Positions 25,539 through 38,800 of a DNA stretch of 64,000 bases are shown here, piece after piece. The stretch's first letter is position 1, and each line of letters opens with the position of its first letter. Origin of the DNA: Squalus acanthias (Eukaryota); contig CM059431.1 in assembly GCA_030390025.1 (NCBI GenBank), positions 139,006,001 through 139,070,000 of the forward strand, in the 5' to 3' direction. Below the pieces are notes generated by a model. The model was not told the DNA's origin. It worked only from the letters and a program-made list of their open reading frames with translations, and ran no database searches. The translations under genes were made by a program, and so were the position numbers.

Positions 25539-26740
25539 CTCCTTCTACCCCCTTTAGTCTGAGCCCATCTTTTGTCATACTTGGCTTCTGTGAAGCACCT
25601 TGCGATGTGTTTCGATGGACAAGTTGGTGTTGCTGTGTGTTTATTGTACCAGTGTCAGCGTGAGTGACACAGCAGATAACTGAATCTTACAAGATCTCAA
25701 ACTGGGTTATAAGTTAATGCTGGAGAATAACTTCAACTATAGTTTGTAGAAATTTCTGATCTGAGACTGAATCACTTTTACATTTCCCCAGTGGGGAAAG
25801 GAAAGGACGCTGACTGAGAGTTTGATTGGACGCACGTGTGTGGACACACACACAGCGAGACACGCGCACGAGTGGAGAATATTCACTGTAAAACAGCAGG
25901 CAAATCTACCACTTGTATATTCATGGCCATTCCTGAGATTGATAAAACCTGTGAATATGTTCCACAAATCAATGCTGAGCATCACCTCACTGTTTAAATT
26001 TACATGATTCATAACATTATACATTAGTGTTAATATTAGTGGAATAGCGGTAAATATCCTCACCTCCTACAGTGCTCATTAGTCAGGTGCTGACACCAGG
26101 AGAGATATGGTCAATATATTCAAATAGAAGCACCAACCAGGGCATATCTCCATGTACACACGGACAATGTCACAGCCCATAGAGACCAGAGGAATCACAC
26201 CTAGCTGTATATTGTATATGGATAGAAATCATATTCGGAAAGTACTGGATTTTAATATCAAAACTCAAATCAAAATTAATAAATACAAATATGCGAATAA
26301 AAAATACAATAGCGCCACATTGTGTAAAACCGAGTGTTGGATCATTGAATTCATCAATGATCACTCGCTCCATATTTTCCTGCAGAATATTCTCTACCTC
26401 AGGAATAAGGCTGGCTTTGGCCTGCACTGTGTGAGTAAATCTCACCAATGTGCGAGTCTCGGCCGACGGGAGCCCGTCTGGAACTCGGTTGTGGGGATCA
26501 GCGGGACTCACTGGATTTCACTGGGCAGCTGTCTGTGTCACACCTGATGTGGAGTGTTGATCGTAACACTCGGGAAATGCTCGATCTCCGAGCTAACAGC
26601 TGGTGTACTGATGGGGGGGAGAAGGGGCTTGAAATCATCTTTAACAAGGCAGCGCTCTCCTTATTTTAATATTTCTATCTAACCCTCCTATTAATATAGT
26701 TATTACAGAGCATCATAATCTGGGAACGCCTGTCACCGCC

Positions 26741-26804
26741 ATGGCTGAAGGTCCAATCGGGGGAGAAGATCCAACATCTTCAACAAGAATGAGAATGAAC
26801 ACAG
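26741..26804 (+). CDS. NLR coding exon 1, downstream copy (1b): [21 protein letters not shown]
   Basis: Duplicate of 14103..14166 at offset 12638; acceptor before 26709, Kozak and donor intact. Confidence 0.8.
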
Positions 26805-29800
26805 GTAAGAACAACACAATATTATTTACAATATAATTTCTGTTCTGACAAAGGGTCCAGATCTCGTGCAAGAACCTCCAGCTCACACAGGTCGAGGGAA
26901 CAGGACAGGGGCTGATTAGAAAGAGGGAAGTGAGTGACCATCTAGAGAGGCATCACAGTCACAGGTGGCGGGAGCCCCTGAGTACTGGAACTGTCCAATA
27001 GATGGGGACTGTAAGGTGGATGGAGACAGTGACTCAGAAGATTGTCTTCCTGAGCAATAGTTTGAAGCCAGGGAGCAGTAGGTCACCCCGAGTGAGCCGA
27101 GGGTGAGAGGAGAATGATAGAGATATCTGATTCCAGAGGGAAGAACATCTTTGAACGGCTGTGACCTTTTCTGTGAAGGCAAGAAGAGCAGAAAATTGTC
27201 CCGGTCAAAACCAAAAACACAACTAGAAATACATTTAAAAAATAATTTTCGGGACTTGAGTGTCGCTGGCAAGGCCCCCATTTATTGCCCACACCAAGTT
27301 GTCATTGAATAGATGATGGTGGGCCACGTTCTTGAATCGCTGCAGTCCATGTGGTGAAGGTGCTCCCTCAGTGCTGTTAGGTAGGGAGTTCCAAGGTTTT
27401 GATCCAGCGACAATGAAGGAGAGGTGATGTATGTCCAAGTTAGGGTTGTATGTGACATTAGGAGAACTTGGAAGCGAAGGTGTTCCCACGCACCTGGTGT
27501 CCTTGTCCTTCTAGGTGGTGGATGTCGTGGGTGTGAGAGGTGCTGTCGAAGATGCCTTGCTGACTTACTGGAGAGCATCCAGTAGACAGTAATCTGCAAC
27601 CACGGTAAGCCAATGGTGGAGGGAGTCAATGTTTAACACAATGGATGGGGTGCTGATCAAGCATAATGCTTTGTCCTGGATGGTGTTGAGCATCTTCAGT
27701 GTTGTTACAACTTCACTTGTCCAGACAAATGGAAAGTGTTCCATCACTCTCCTGACGTGTGTTGTAGGTGGGGGAGAGAATTTGGGGAGTCACGAGGTGA
27801 GCCACTTGCCACAGAATACCCAGCCTCTGACCTGCTCCCGTAGACACGGGGGATGTATGTGGCTGGTCCAGTTCTATTTTGTTTGATGTGGGGGACTTGT
27901 TGATAATGTCATTGACTGTCATGGCATATGGCTATGGTATCTCTGGTTGGAGATGGTCATTGCCTGACCCTGGGAACGGTAGCGTAGTGGTAATGTCACT
28001 GGGCTAGTAATCCAGAGGCCTGGACTAATGATTCAGCAACGTGAGTTCAAATCCCACCACGGCAGCTGGGGACTTAAATAAATCTGGAATAAAAAGCTAG
28101 AATCAGTAATGGTAACCATGAAACTATCGGATTGTCGTTAAAAACCCATCTGGTTCACTAATGTCCTTTTAGGGAAGGAAATCTGCCGTCCTTACCTGGT
28201 CTGGCCTGTATGTGACTACAGACCCACAGCAATGTGGTTGATCTTAACTGCCCTCTGAAATGGCCTAGCAAGCCACTCAGTTGTAACTAACCGCTACGAA
28301 ACAAAATACCATCACCACACGGACTGCAGCGGTTCAAGAAGGCGGCTCACCACCACCTTCTCAAGGGCAACTAGGGATGGGCAATAAATGCTGGCCTTGC
28401 CAGCGATGCCCAGATCCCATAAAAGGAATAAAAAAAACTTGTCTGGTTCGAATATAATTTGCCACATATCAGGCCAAAACTGGATGTTATCCACGTATTG
28501 CTGCAAGCAGGCATGGACTGCTTCATTATTGGGGGAATTGTGAATGGGGCCGAACAAACTGCAACCATCAGCGAGCAGCCCCACCTCTAACCTTATGATG
28601 GAGCGAAGGTCACTGATGAAGCAGCTGGAAGTAGTTGAGTCTCGGATGCTGGCCTGGTTTGAGGCCTATATTGAGAGAATTTAAAGTCAGGCAATGGAAT
28701 GTAAAACAAAGCATCAAGGTGATGGTCTCTGGCTGTAGGGTGGGGGTGGGGTGGTTAAAATGGAATTAGGTTCAAGGCCAGCTGATAATACAAAAAGTCA
28801 GGGTTTATGAAAAGTAAAGCAATAATTCAAGGTTCTATCACTGGGGATGAAGGGAGAATCTAATTGTGGAGGATGATGTTTTGAGGAGGTATCAAACATT
28901 TCCAATAGTTTCTAAAAATGATGGTGGTGGTGCGAGAAGGTGGACTAGAGGAGGATGTGGGATCATAGTTGGAGTTAAATGTAGGGAAGGATTTGGAGCT
29001 GAAAAAATAGCCAAGATGGGTAAGTGACTGGGCCCAGAGATAACACACTCCAGGCTGTTAAATCAAATCACAGAGGAGGGAGGACAGACTCTCCACAATT
29101 GTTCAATCTGTTTTAGATTTAAACAATACACTGGAGCACTGAAGGAGCCCAAGTAACGTCTCTGTTCAACAATGGAGGAGAGAGGATAAACCGGGTAACT
29201 AGAACAGTCTACGGCAGTTATGGGCAGAATGCTCGAGTCCGGAATTTAAGGTTGAATTAGTGAATGTTGAGATACAGGGGATGATCAGGGGAGGCTGGAA
29301 CCGACTAACTGTAGGCAAGATGTGTTTGACAAATTTGCACGCTTTTTTTAAAGAATGGACTATATAGATCGATGGGATGCAGCATCTGCGGTGTATATGT
29401 GGTTTAAGAAGGTGTTTGATAATGCGGCTCACAGGAGGTTTCAGCTGTTTGGTATAAGAGGCAATGTAGCAGCTTGGATATAAAGTGGATAATGAGTTTA
29501 ATTTTCTCCATTTGTGTTCACAGATCCGAACTCTACAATCACTGAGTTCTTGACAGAGTGCAACGATTACCAGCTGTTCCAGTTGACGAAATTCTACCGG
29601 GACAGACTGGAACAGGCGATTGAAGGAGGGGTGGACGGAGTCAGCTCGTTGTTAACATACGAGTGGCATTTCAGTGGACAAGAACATCGGGTGAGTGGGA
29701 GGGACACAGAATGAGTTTGGGTTATTTAAACATCACAGAAGCAACAGGAAATCAGATCTTAGAATCATAGAATGTTACAGAAGAAAAACAGGCCAACTAG

Positions 29801-32800
29801 GAAAGAAAGGGTTAAAGCTGTTAATATTTTAAAACAGAAACAACAACACCAATGTGAAAATACCCACTGGATCCATCAGTCTATGTAAAAAGGACAGGGT
29901 AATGGGTACGAAATTATCCTTTGTGGGCTGAAGTCAAAGGAAACCAAGAATTTTAGCAGGTTCTCTCAAAGAGACAAGAGACAACTAGCCGGAGTTTTAG
30001 GGAAGGTCATGAGTTGAATGTCCTACAAAGTATATAAAGTAAATTGAGGAACTGTGAGATGATTTTAAAAAATCAGCTGCGGGTTAAAGGAAAGATATTT
30101 TTATAAAATGTTAAACTAGTGAACAAGTATTGGACCCAAACAACCTCAAAAAACCTATGGGGAGTGTCGGATCAACCGAATAGAATGATCCCAATTATAT
30201 TGATTCAGATACCAGCGATAAATCAACTTATTGGTTCTATGAAAATCCTCAGGATGTTCAAGCAAATTATCCAGTTACAGTTAGTAGAATCACAGGAACT
30301 TACAGCACAGAAGGAGGCCACGTCGTGCCTGTGCTGGCTCTTTGAAAGAGCAGCCGAGCTCAGTCCCACACCCCCACTATTTGTCCGTAACCCTGCAAGT
30401 TCCTCATCCACAAGTACCTGTCTAACTCCCTTTAAAACTATTGATGGCATCAGCTTACATCACCTTTTCAGGTCGAGCGTTCCAGATCCTGACATCACTC
30501 TGAGTGAAAACAATTCTCCTCATCCCCCCTCTAGATCTTTTGGCAATTAATTTAAATCTATGGCCTCTGGTTATTGACCCGCTCGCCAGACGGAATAGTT
30601 TTTTCTCTCTGTCAAAACTTATCATCTTGAAACCCTCTATTAGGTCACCTGTTAACCTTCTCTGTTCCAAAGAGAACAGTCCTGACTTTCCCGATCTAGT
30701 AATAGTACATCCTTTTGTATTCTGTCTCTATTTATAAAACTAGGAATCCCGTCTGTTTTTTAACAGCTTTCTCAACTGATTCTGCCAACTTCAAATAATT
30801 CTCTACATAAATCCCGAGGTCTCTGTTCCTTCACCCTGTGTAAAATTGTACAGTTTAGTTTGTATTGTCTCTCCTCATTCTTTCTTCCAAACATAGTCAT
30901 AGAGAAATACATCACAGAAAGAGGCCCTTCGGCCCATCGTGTCCGCGCCGGCCATCAAGCCCTGTCTATTCTAATCCCATTTTCCAGCACTTGGTCCGTA
31001 GCCTTGTATGCTATGACGTTTCAAGTGCTCATCTAAATGCTTCTTGAATGTTGAGGGTTCCAGCCTCTACCACCCTTTCAGGCAGTGACTTCCAGATTCC
31101 AAACACCCTCTGGGTGAAAAAGTTTTTCCTCAAATCCCCTCTAAACCTCCTGCCCCTTACCTTGAAACTATGCCCCCTGGTTATTGAGCCCTCTACTAAG
31201 GGGGAAAAGTTCCTTTCTATCTACCCTATCTATGCCCCATGTAATTTTGTGCACCTAAATCAGGTCCCTCCTCAGCCTTCTCTGCTCTAAGGAAAACAAC
31301 CCCAGCCTGTCCAGTCTCTCTTCATAGCTGAAACGCTCCAGCCCAGTAACATCCTGGTGAATCTCCTCTGCACCCTCTCTAATGCAATCACATCCTTCCT
31401 ATAGCGTGGCGACCAGAACTGCACACAGTATTACAGCTGTGGCCTATCTAGCGTTTTGTACAGCTCCATCATAACCTCCCTGCTCTTATATTCTATGCCT
31501 CGGCTAATGAAGGCATATGCCTTCTTAACCACCTTATCTACCTGTCCTGCTGCCTTCAGGGATCTATGTACATGCACACCAAGGCCCCTTTTGATCCTCT
31601 GTCCTTCCTAGGGTCCTACCATTCATTGTGTATTCCCTTGCCTTGTTAGTCCTCCCAAAATGCATCACCTCACACTTTTCAGGGTTAAATTCCATTTGCC
31701 ACTGTTCTGCTCATCTGACCAACCGTCTATATCGTCCTGTAGCCTGAGGCTTCCCTCCTCGCTATTTACCACTCTACCAATTTTCATGTCATCTGCGAAC
31801 TTACTGATCATAGCTCCTACATTCATATCTAAATCATTAATGTACACACAAACAGCAAGGGACCCAGCACCGATCCCTGCGTTACACCACTGGACACAGG
31901 CTTCCAGTCACAATAACAACATTCGACCATCCCCCCTCTGCCTCCTGCCACTAAACCAATTTTGGATCCAATGTGCCAAGTTGCCCTGGATCCCATGGGC
32001 TCTTACCTTCTTGACCAGTCTGCCATGCGGGACCTTGTCAAAAACCTTTCTGAAGTCCATGTGGACTACATCAACTGCACTACCCTCATCCACATACCTA
32101 GTCACCCTCTCTCAAAAGTCAATCAATTTGGTTAGACATGATCTCCCCCTGACAAAGCCATGCTGACTATCCTTGATTAATCCTTGCCTGCCAAGAGAAG
32201 ACTAATTCTGTCCCTCAGAATTTTTTCCAATAATTTCCCTACCACTGATGTTAGGCTCACTGGCCTGTAATTCCCTGGTTTATCCCTACTATGCTTCTTG
32301 AATAATGGTACTACATTAACTGTCCTCCAGTTCTCTGGCACCTCCCCTGTGGGCAGAGAGGATCTGAAAATTTGTGTCGGAACCCCTGCAATCTCCTCCC
32401 TTGCCTCACACAGCAGCCTGAGATACATCTCGTCTGGTCCTGGGGATTGATCCACTTTTAAGCCCGCTAAAACCGCTAATACCTCCTCCCCCTCGATGCT
32501 AATTTGTTCAAGTATATCACCATCCCCCTGCCTGATTTCTATGCTTACATCGTCCTTCTCCATAGTGAACACAGATGCAAAATATTCATTTAAAACCTCA
32601 CCTACATCTTCTGGCTCTACACACAGATTGCCACTTTTGTCCCTAATGGGCCCTACTCTTTCGATAGCAAAATACTGCGGATGCTGGAAATCCGAAATAA
32701 CAACAGAAAACGCTGGAAAAACTCAGCAGGCCAGGCAGCATCCGTGGAGAGAGAAACAGAGTTAACGTTTCAGGTCGAAGACCTTTCGTCAGAACAGGAA

Positions 32801-35800
32801 AAAAGCAGGAAATGAAATCGATTTAAAGCTGGGAGAAGGGGGAGGGGATGAAAGCACAAAAGGAGAGATTAAGAGACACTGAGAGATGTTAAGAGATAAT
32901 CATGGCCAGGTCAGTGGGGGGCGCTGGGTTGGGTCGGTGGGGGGGGGGCGCGGGGTTGGGTCGTTGGGGGGGGCGCGGGGTTGGGTCGGTGGGGGGCGCG
33001 GGGCTGGGTCGGTGGGGGGCGCGGGGCTGGGGCGGTGGGGGGCGCGGGGCTGGGGCGGTGGGGGGCGCGGGGCTGGGGCGGTGGGGGGCGCGGGGCTGGG
33101 GCGGTGGGGGGCGCGGGGCTGGGGCGGTGGGGGGCGCGGGGCTGGGTCGGTGGGGGCGGCAGGCCTGGGTCGGTGGGGTGCGCCGCGGGGGTGCGCCAGT
33201 GGGGTGCGGGGGGCTGTGTCAGTGGGGTGCGGGGCTGCGTCAGTGGGGTGCGGGGGGCTGGGACCTACTACCCTCTGAGTGAAGAAGTTTCTCCTCATCT
33301 CAGTTTTGAAAGAGCAGCCCCTTATTCTAAGATTATGCCCCCTAGTTCTAGTTTCACCCATCCTTGGGAACATCCTTACCGCATCCACCCGATCAAGCCC
33401 CTTCACAATCTTATGTTTCAATAAGATCGCCTCTCACTCTTCTGAACTCCAATGAGTAGAGTCCCAATCTGCTCAACCTCTCCTCATATGTCCACCCCCT
33501 CATCCCGGGGATTAACCTAGTGAACCTTCTTTGTACTGCCTCGAGAGCAAGTATGTCTTTTCTTAAGTATGGACACCAAAACTGTATGCAGTATTCCAGA
33601 TGCGGTTTCACCAATACCTTATATAACTGCAGCATCTTCCGGCTCTACACACAGATTGCCACTTTTGTCCCTAATGGGCCCTACTCTTTCGATAGCAAAA
33701 TACTGCGGATGCTGGAAATCCGAAATAACAACAGAAAACGCTGGAAAAACTCAGCAGGCCAGGCAGCATCCGTGGAGAGAGAAACAGAGTTAACGTTTCA
33801 GGTCGAAGACCTTTCGTCAGAACTGGAAAAAAGCAGGAAATGAAATCGATTTAAAGCTGGGAAAAGGGGGAGGGGATGAAATAACAAAAGGAGAGATTAA
33901 GAGACATTGAGAGACGTTAAGAGATATTCAAGGCCAGAGGAGGTTTTGATGTAACAGGTTGAGGCTAAATGAAGTGTGAAATGCACTGGCAGAATGAAGG
34001 ACAGCTGCCAGCTTCTGGGAGGGAAAAAAAAGGGGGGGGGGGCAAACAAAAGGGTGGATGAAAAAATAAAATATAAATGTGATAGGGGCCGAGGAGATGA
34101 TCTAAAATTGTTGAACTCGATGTTGAGTCCAGAGGGCTGTAGAGTGCCTAAACGAAAGATAAGTTGCTGTTCCTCGAGCTTACGCTGCGCTTCCGTGGAA
34201 CAGTGTAATAGGCCGAGGACGGTGAGGTCAGAGAGGGAGTGGAGCGGAGAATTAAAGTGACAGGCAACCGGGAGCTCGGGGGTCCCCCTTACGGACTGAA
34301 CGGAGGTGTTCAGCAAAGCGGTCACCCAATCTGCGTTTGGTCTCCCCAATGTGGAGGAGACCACATCGTGAGCAGCGAATACTGTATACCAAATTGCAGG
34401 AAGTACAAGTAAATCGCTGTTTCACCTGGAAGGGGCGTTTGGGGCCCTACTCTTTCCCTGGTTATTCTCTTGCCCTTAATATACTTATAAAACACCTTGG
34501 GATTTTCCTTTATTTTGCCCGCCAGTGTTTTTTCATGCCCTCTCTTTGCTCTCCTAATTTCTTTAAGTACCCCCCTGCACTTTCTGTACTCTTCTTGGGC
34601 TTCCACTGTTTTTAGTCCTTCGTATCTGCCAAATGCCTCCCTTTTTTTTCCTAATCCATTCTCGTATATCCCTTGACATCCAGGGTTCCCTGGGCTTGTT
34701 GGTCCAACCCTTGACCTTTACGGGAACATGTTGGCGCTGTACTCTCTCTCTTTCCTTTCTGAATGACTCCCACTGTATCGTGGATTTTCCTACAAGTAGC
34801 TGACCCCAGATCCTGCCTTATCATATTAAAATCGGCCTTCCCCCAATTTAGAATCTTTATTTCCGGTCCATCTTTGTCCTTTTCCATTACTACCTTAAAT
34901 CTCACCGAATTATGGTCACTGTCACTAAAATGCTCTCCTACTGACACTTCTACCACTTGCCCGGCTACATTCCCTAGAATTAGGTCCAGTACCGCCCCCT
35001 CTCTTATAGAACTTTCTACATGCTGGCTCAAAAAACACTCCTGGATACACTTTAAGAATTCCGCCCCCTCTAAGCCTTTCACACTCTGACTATCGCAGTT
35101 AATATTGGGGAAGTTGAAATCCCCTACTACTATTATTATATCAATTCACACTTCTCTGTCATGTGTCTGCCCATTTCACCAGTCTGTCTATGCCCTCCTG
35201 AAGTCTGCTATTATCCTTCTCACTATTTACTACCTTTCTGAGTTTCGCGCAATCTGCAATTCTTTTAAATTATGCTCTGTATCCCCAAGTGCAGGTCATT
35301 AATATATATCAAAGAGCAGTCGTCCTAATACTGTACTGAGCCCTGTGGGACAACACTGTACTCTTTCCTCCAGTCTGAAAAACAGCAGTTTACAACTGCT
35401 CTCTGTTTTCTTTCCCTTTGACAATGTTATATCAACGCTGCCACTGCCCATTTAATCCCATGGGTTTCGAATTTGCTAACATGTCTATTACTTGGTCAAA
35501 CGCCTTTTGAAAGTCCATATACACATCATCAACCGCACGACCCTTGTCAACCGTTAATTCATTAAACAACTCAATCAATTTATTCAACCACGCTATGCCT
35601 TTAATAAATCCATGTTGGCTGCAATTTATTAACCCATGTCTTTTCCAAGGGAATATTTTGTCCTGGATTATTGTGTCTAAAAGTTTCTCCACTATCGAGG
35701 TTAGGCTGACTGGCCTGTTGTTGCTGGGTTCATCCCTCTCCCCTTTTTTGAACAGCGGTGTAACATTTGCAACTCTCCACTCCGCTGGCACCACTCAAGT

Positions 35801-38800
35801 CCAAGGAGTATTGGAAGAATTTGGCTCGAGCCACCTCCGATTAGCTGCAGTTCCTGAGAAGCAGTAAATTTTTTGTCTGCAAATATTAATATCTGGTTCC
35901 GCAAATATTCTGCTGACCAGCATTATTCATCTGGAGGGAAGAACATCATTCACCCATTTCAAACAAACGAGCGAAGTTAGTGTCAAAAGGATAAAGTGGT
36001 AACGAATATTCACTTAAAGTAAGTTAAATACCCTGATCCTGCTGTTGAACAGAATCAGCCTTGAATTCAATAAACTGGCCCAATATGGGGTGACATTGAT
36101 CTTCAGCATTGTGAAATGGGCTCACAGCGAATCAGCGCCCGATTTTCCCTCCTGTTGCAGAGTCAGTGTCAGGCTGAACTCAGCAGCAACAAGCAAAGTA
36201 TCTGTGTTCAAATTGCTGAGGATGGTCGGTGATTTGACACATTGCTCTGAATTTAGTGAGAGATATTTGAAATAAAGCAGCGCACAGTTGTGCCAGAGAC
36301 AGGTGTGGGAGGGGGAGTATTGTGAGAGTGCACGGAACCGAAAGCAGGCTCTGTTCCCGGTGGGAAACCAACACCACCTTGTTTTCCTCCTCCTGCTCCA
36401 CCCAGACAGTCCTCTCGCCCAAGTGCTGTAAGAGGACAATCTGCCCCAGTTCATTTTCACTGCAGGCCCTTCACTCCGCTCATCAATATATTCATTATTA
36501 TTCTCTACAGAAAGTCACTGAGCTCGTGGAGAAGGGAAACCGGGCGGACAGTTCCAAACTTCTCCTAAATCTGGTGATGGAGAAAGGCTCTGGGGCCCGA
36601 AGGACAATGTGGAAATCCTTTGTGAAAATGCGCCATGGGGTACCAAAGCTGGACAAAATACTGAAAGAAATACAGGAACTTGGTACGGTAAAATCACACA
36701 CTGAATTCAATTTCACATCTAAAATTACATATTTTACTAAAGTAGTGCACGGATTTGTTTTCATGAAAGCTAATTTATTTAAACAGGTTTCTTTCGATTT
36801 AATGACATGAAAGCCACAGAATGTTTATCCGAAGTTCCCAGTCAGCTGAAAGGTAGGTGATGGGCTGAAGATTTCAAACAGATTATTTCGGTTCTGATTA
36901 TCAGAGGCTTTAACTTTGACCATTGGTTTCGAGATGTCTAGAATCTGGGGGTGAAAAGTTCAAGAGCTGGGCAAACAGAATTCAACTTCATTTTCACTTC
37001 TCACTGATTCTGAAATATATCTTTGAAATGTGTGGGATAAAGTTACCATTAACACCAGGTTTGGGATTATCTTTAAATATTCATTGCAAACTGCCGGCGC
37101 GACATCGGCCGTCTCGATTTTCTCTGCTCCCCTCACTCTATCCTGCCTCCCTTTGAACTTGTAGCACTCCATTCTCTCAGATCCAACTCCAGCATTCTCA
37201 TTAAACCTGCAGACAAGTGTGGTGCTGTTATTGTTTGGCGAGCCGACCTCTACCTAGCAGAAGCGGAAGTTGAACGCCAACTCTCCGACATCTCCTCCTA
37301 CCTCCGCCTGGACCATGACCCCACCACCGAACATCAAGCCATCGTTTCCAAGACTGTCACTGACATCATCTCCTCTAGAGATCTTCCCTCCACGGCCGCC
37401 AACCTTATAGTTCCCCAACCCTGCATGGCTGCTCCATCCCCCACCAGGATGGCCTGAGGGCGCTCTGCTTCTTCCTTGAACAAAGGCCCAACCAGTCCCC
37501 GTCCACCACCACCCTCCTCCGCCTGGCTGAACTTGTTCTCACATTGAACAACTTCTTCTTTGACTCCACTAACTTCCTCCAAATCAAAGCTGTTTCTTTG
37601 GAAACCCACATGGGTCCTAGCTATGCCTGCCTTTTTGTGGGATATAAGAACATAAGAACATAAGAAATAGGAGCAGGAGTAGGCCAATCGGCCCCTCGAG
37701 CCTGCTCCGCCATTCAATAAGATCATGGCTGATCTGATCCTAACCGCCAATCTACTATCTATCACAGAACCATCTCCTGCATCTAACAGAATTGCACACA
37801 CGAAATAGGAGCAGAATCAGGCTACACAGTCCCTGGGCCCGCTCCACCACCCACAGGGCCATGACCGATCCGAACCTAGACTCATGTCCAAATTCCTGCC
37901 CGCTCCCCGTAACCCTTAATGCCCTTTACTTCTAGGAAACTGTCTATTTCTGTTTTAAATTTAATTAATGTTGTAGCTTCTACAGCTTTTTGTGGCAGCA
38001 TATTCCATGGACCTACCACCCTCTGAGTGAAGTAGTTCCTCCTCATCTCAGTTTTGAAAGAGCAGCCCCTTATTCTAAGACTATGTCCCCTAGTTCTCGT
38101 CTCACCCGTCATCGGGAACATCCTCCCCGCATCCACCCGATCCAACCCCTTCACAATCTTATATGTTTCAATAAGATCGCCTCTCATTCTTCTGAACTCC
38201 AATGAGTAGAGTCCCAATCTACCCAACCTCTCCTCATATGACCACCCCCTCATCCCTGGGATTTAACCGAGTGAACCTTTTAATGGTGAACATTAACGAG
38301 TGAACATTCTTTGTTCCAGGCCTACTCTGGTCCCCTCCCTCTCCTCTTTTTCCAGTACACTGATGACTGTATCGGTGCCGTTTCCTGCTCTCTCCCTGAA
38401 CTACAAATTTTCGTTCACTTTGCTTCCAATTTCCACAGTTCCCTCACCTTCACATGATCCATCTCCGACTCTTCCCTTCCTATCCTCAGCTTCTCTACTG
38501 CATTTCTGGGGATAGGCTCTTGACAAACAATCACTATAAGCCCACTGACTCCCACAGCTACCTGGACTGCACTTCCTGCCAACCCGCTTCCTGTAACGAC
38601 TCTATTCCTTTCTCCCAGTTTCTCTGCATCCACCGCATCTGCTCTGACGATGCCACCTTCCACACTAGTGTTTCTGACATGTCTTCCTTTTTCCTAACTG
38701 AGGATTCCCCTCTACCGTGGTTGACACGGCCCTTGACCGTGCCTGTTCTGTTTCCCGCACCTCTACTCTCACCCCTACCTCTCCCTCCCGGAACCACAAT

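Larger units (their letters stand above)
10490..32910. repeat. Tandem segmental duplication: unit 1 ~10490..20275, unit 2 ~23036..32910
   Basis: Near-identical sequence and identical ORF series at offset 12638 (12550 before the 8-bp VNTR, 12635 after a 3-bp indel). Confidence 0.97.
30283..35135 (-). mobile_element. CR1 LINE fragments; the main copy 30891..32662 resumes at 34442..35135 after nested insertions
   Basis: RT fragments, then an endonuclease fragment (VLDLILGN...SDHN) beyond the Penelope-like insertion. Confidence 0.85.
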
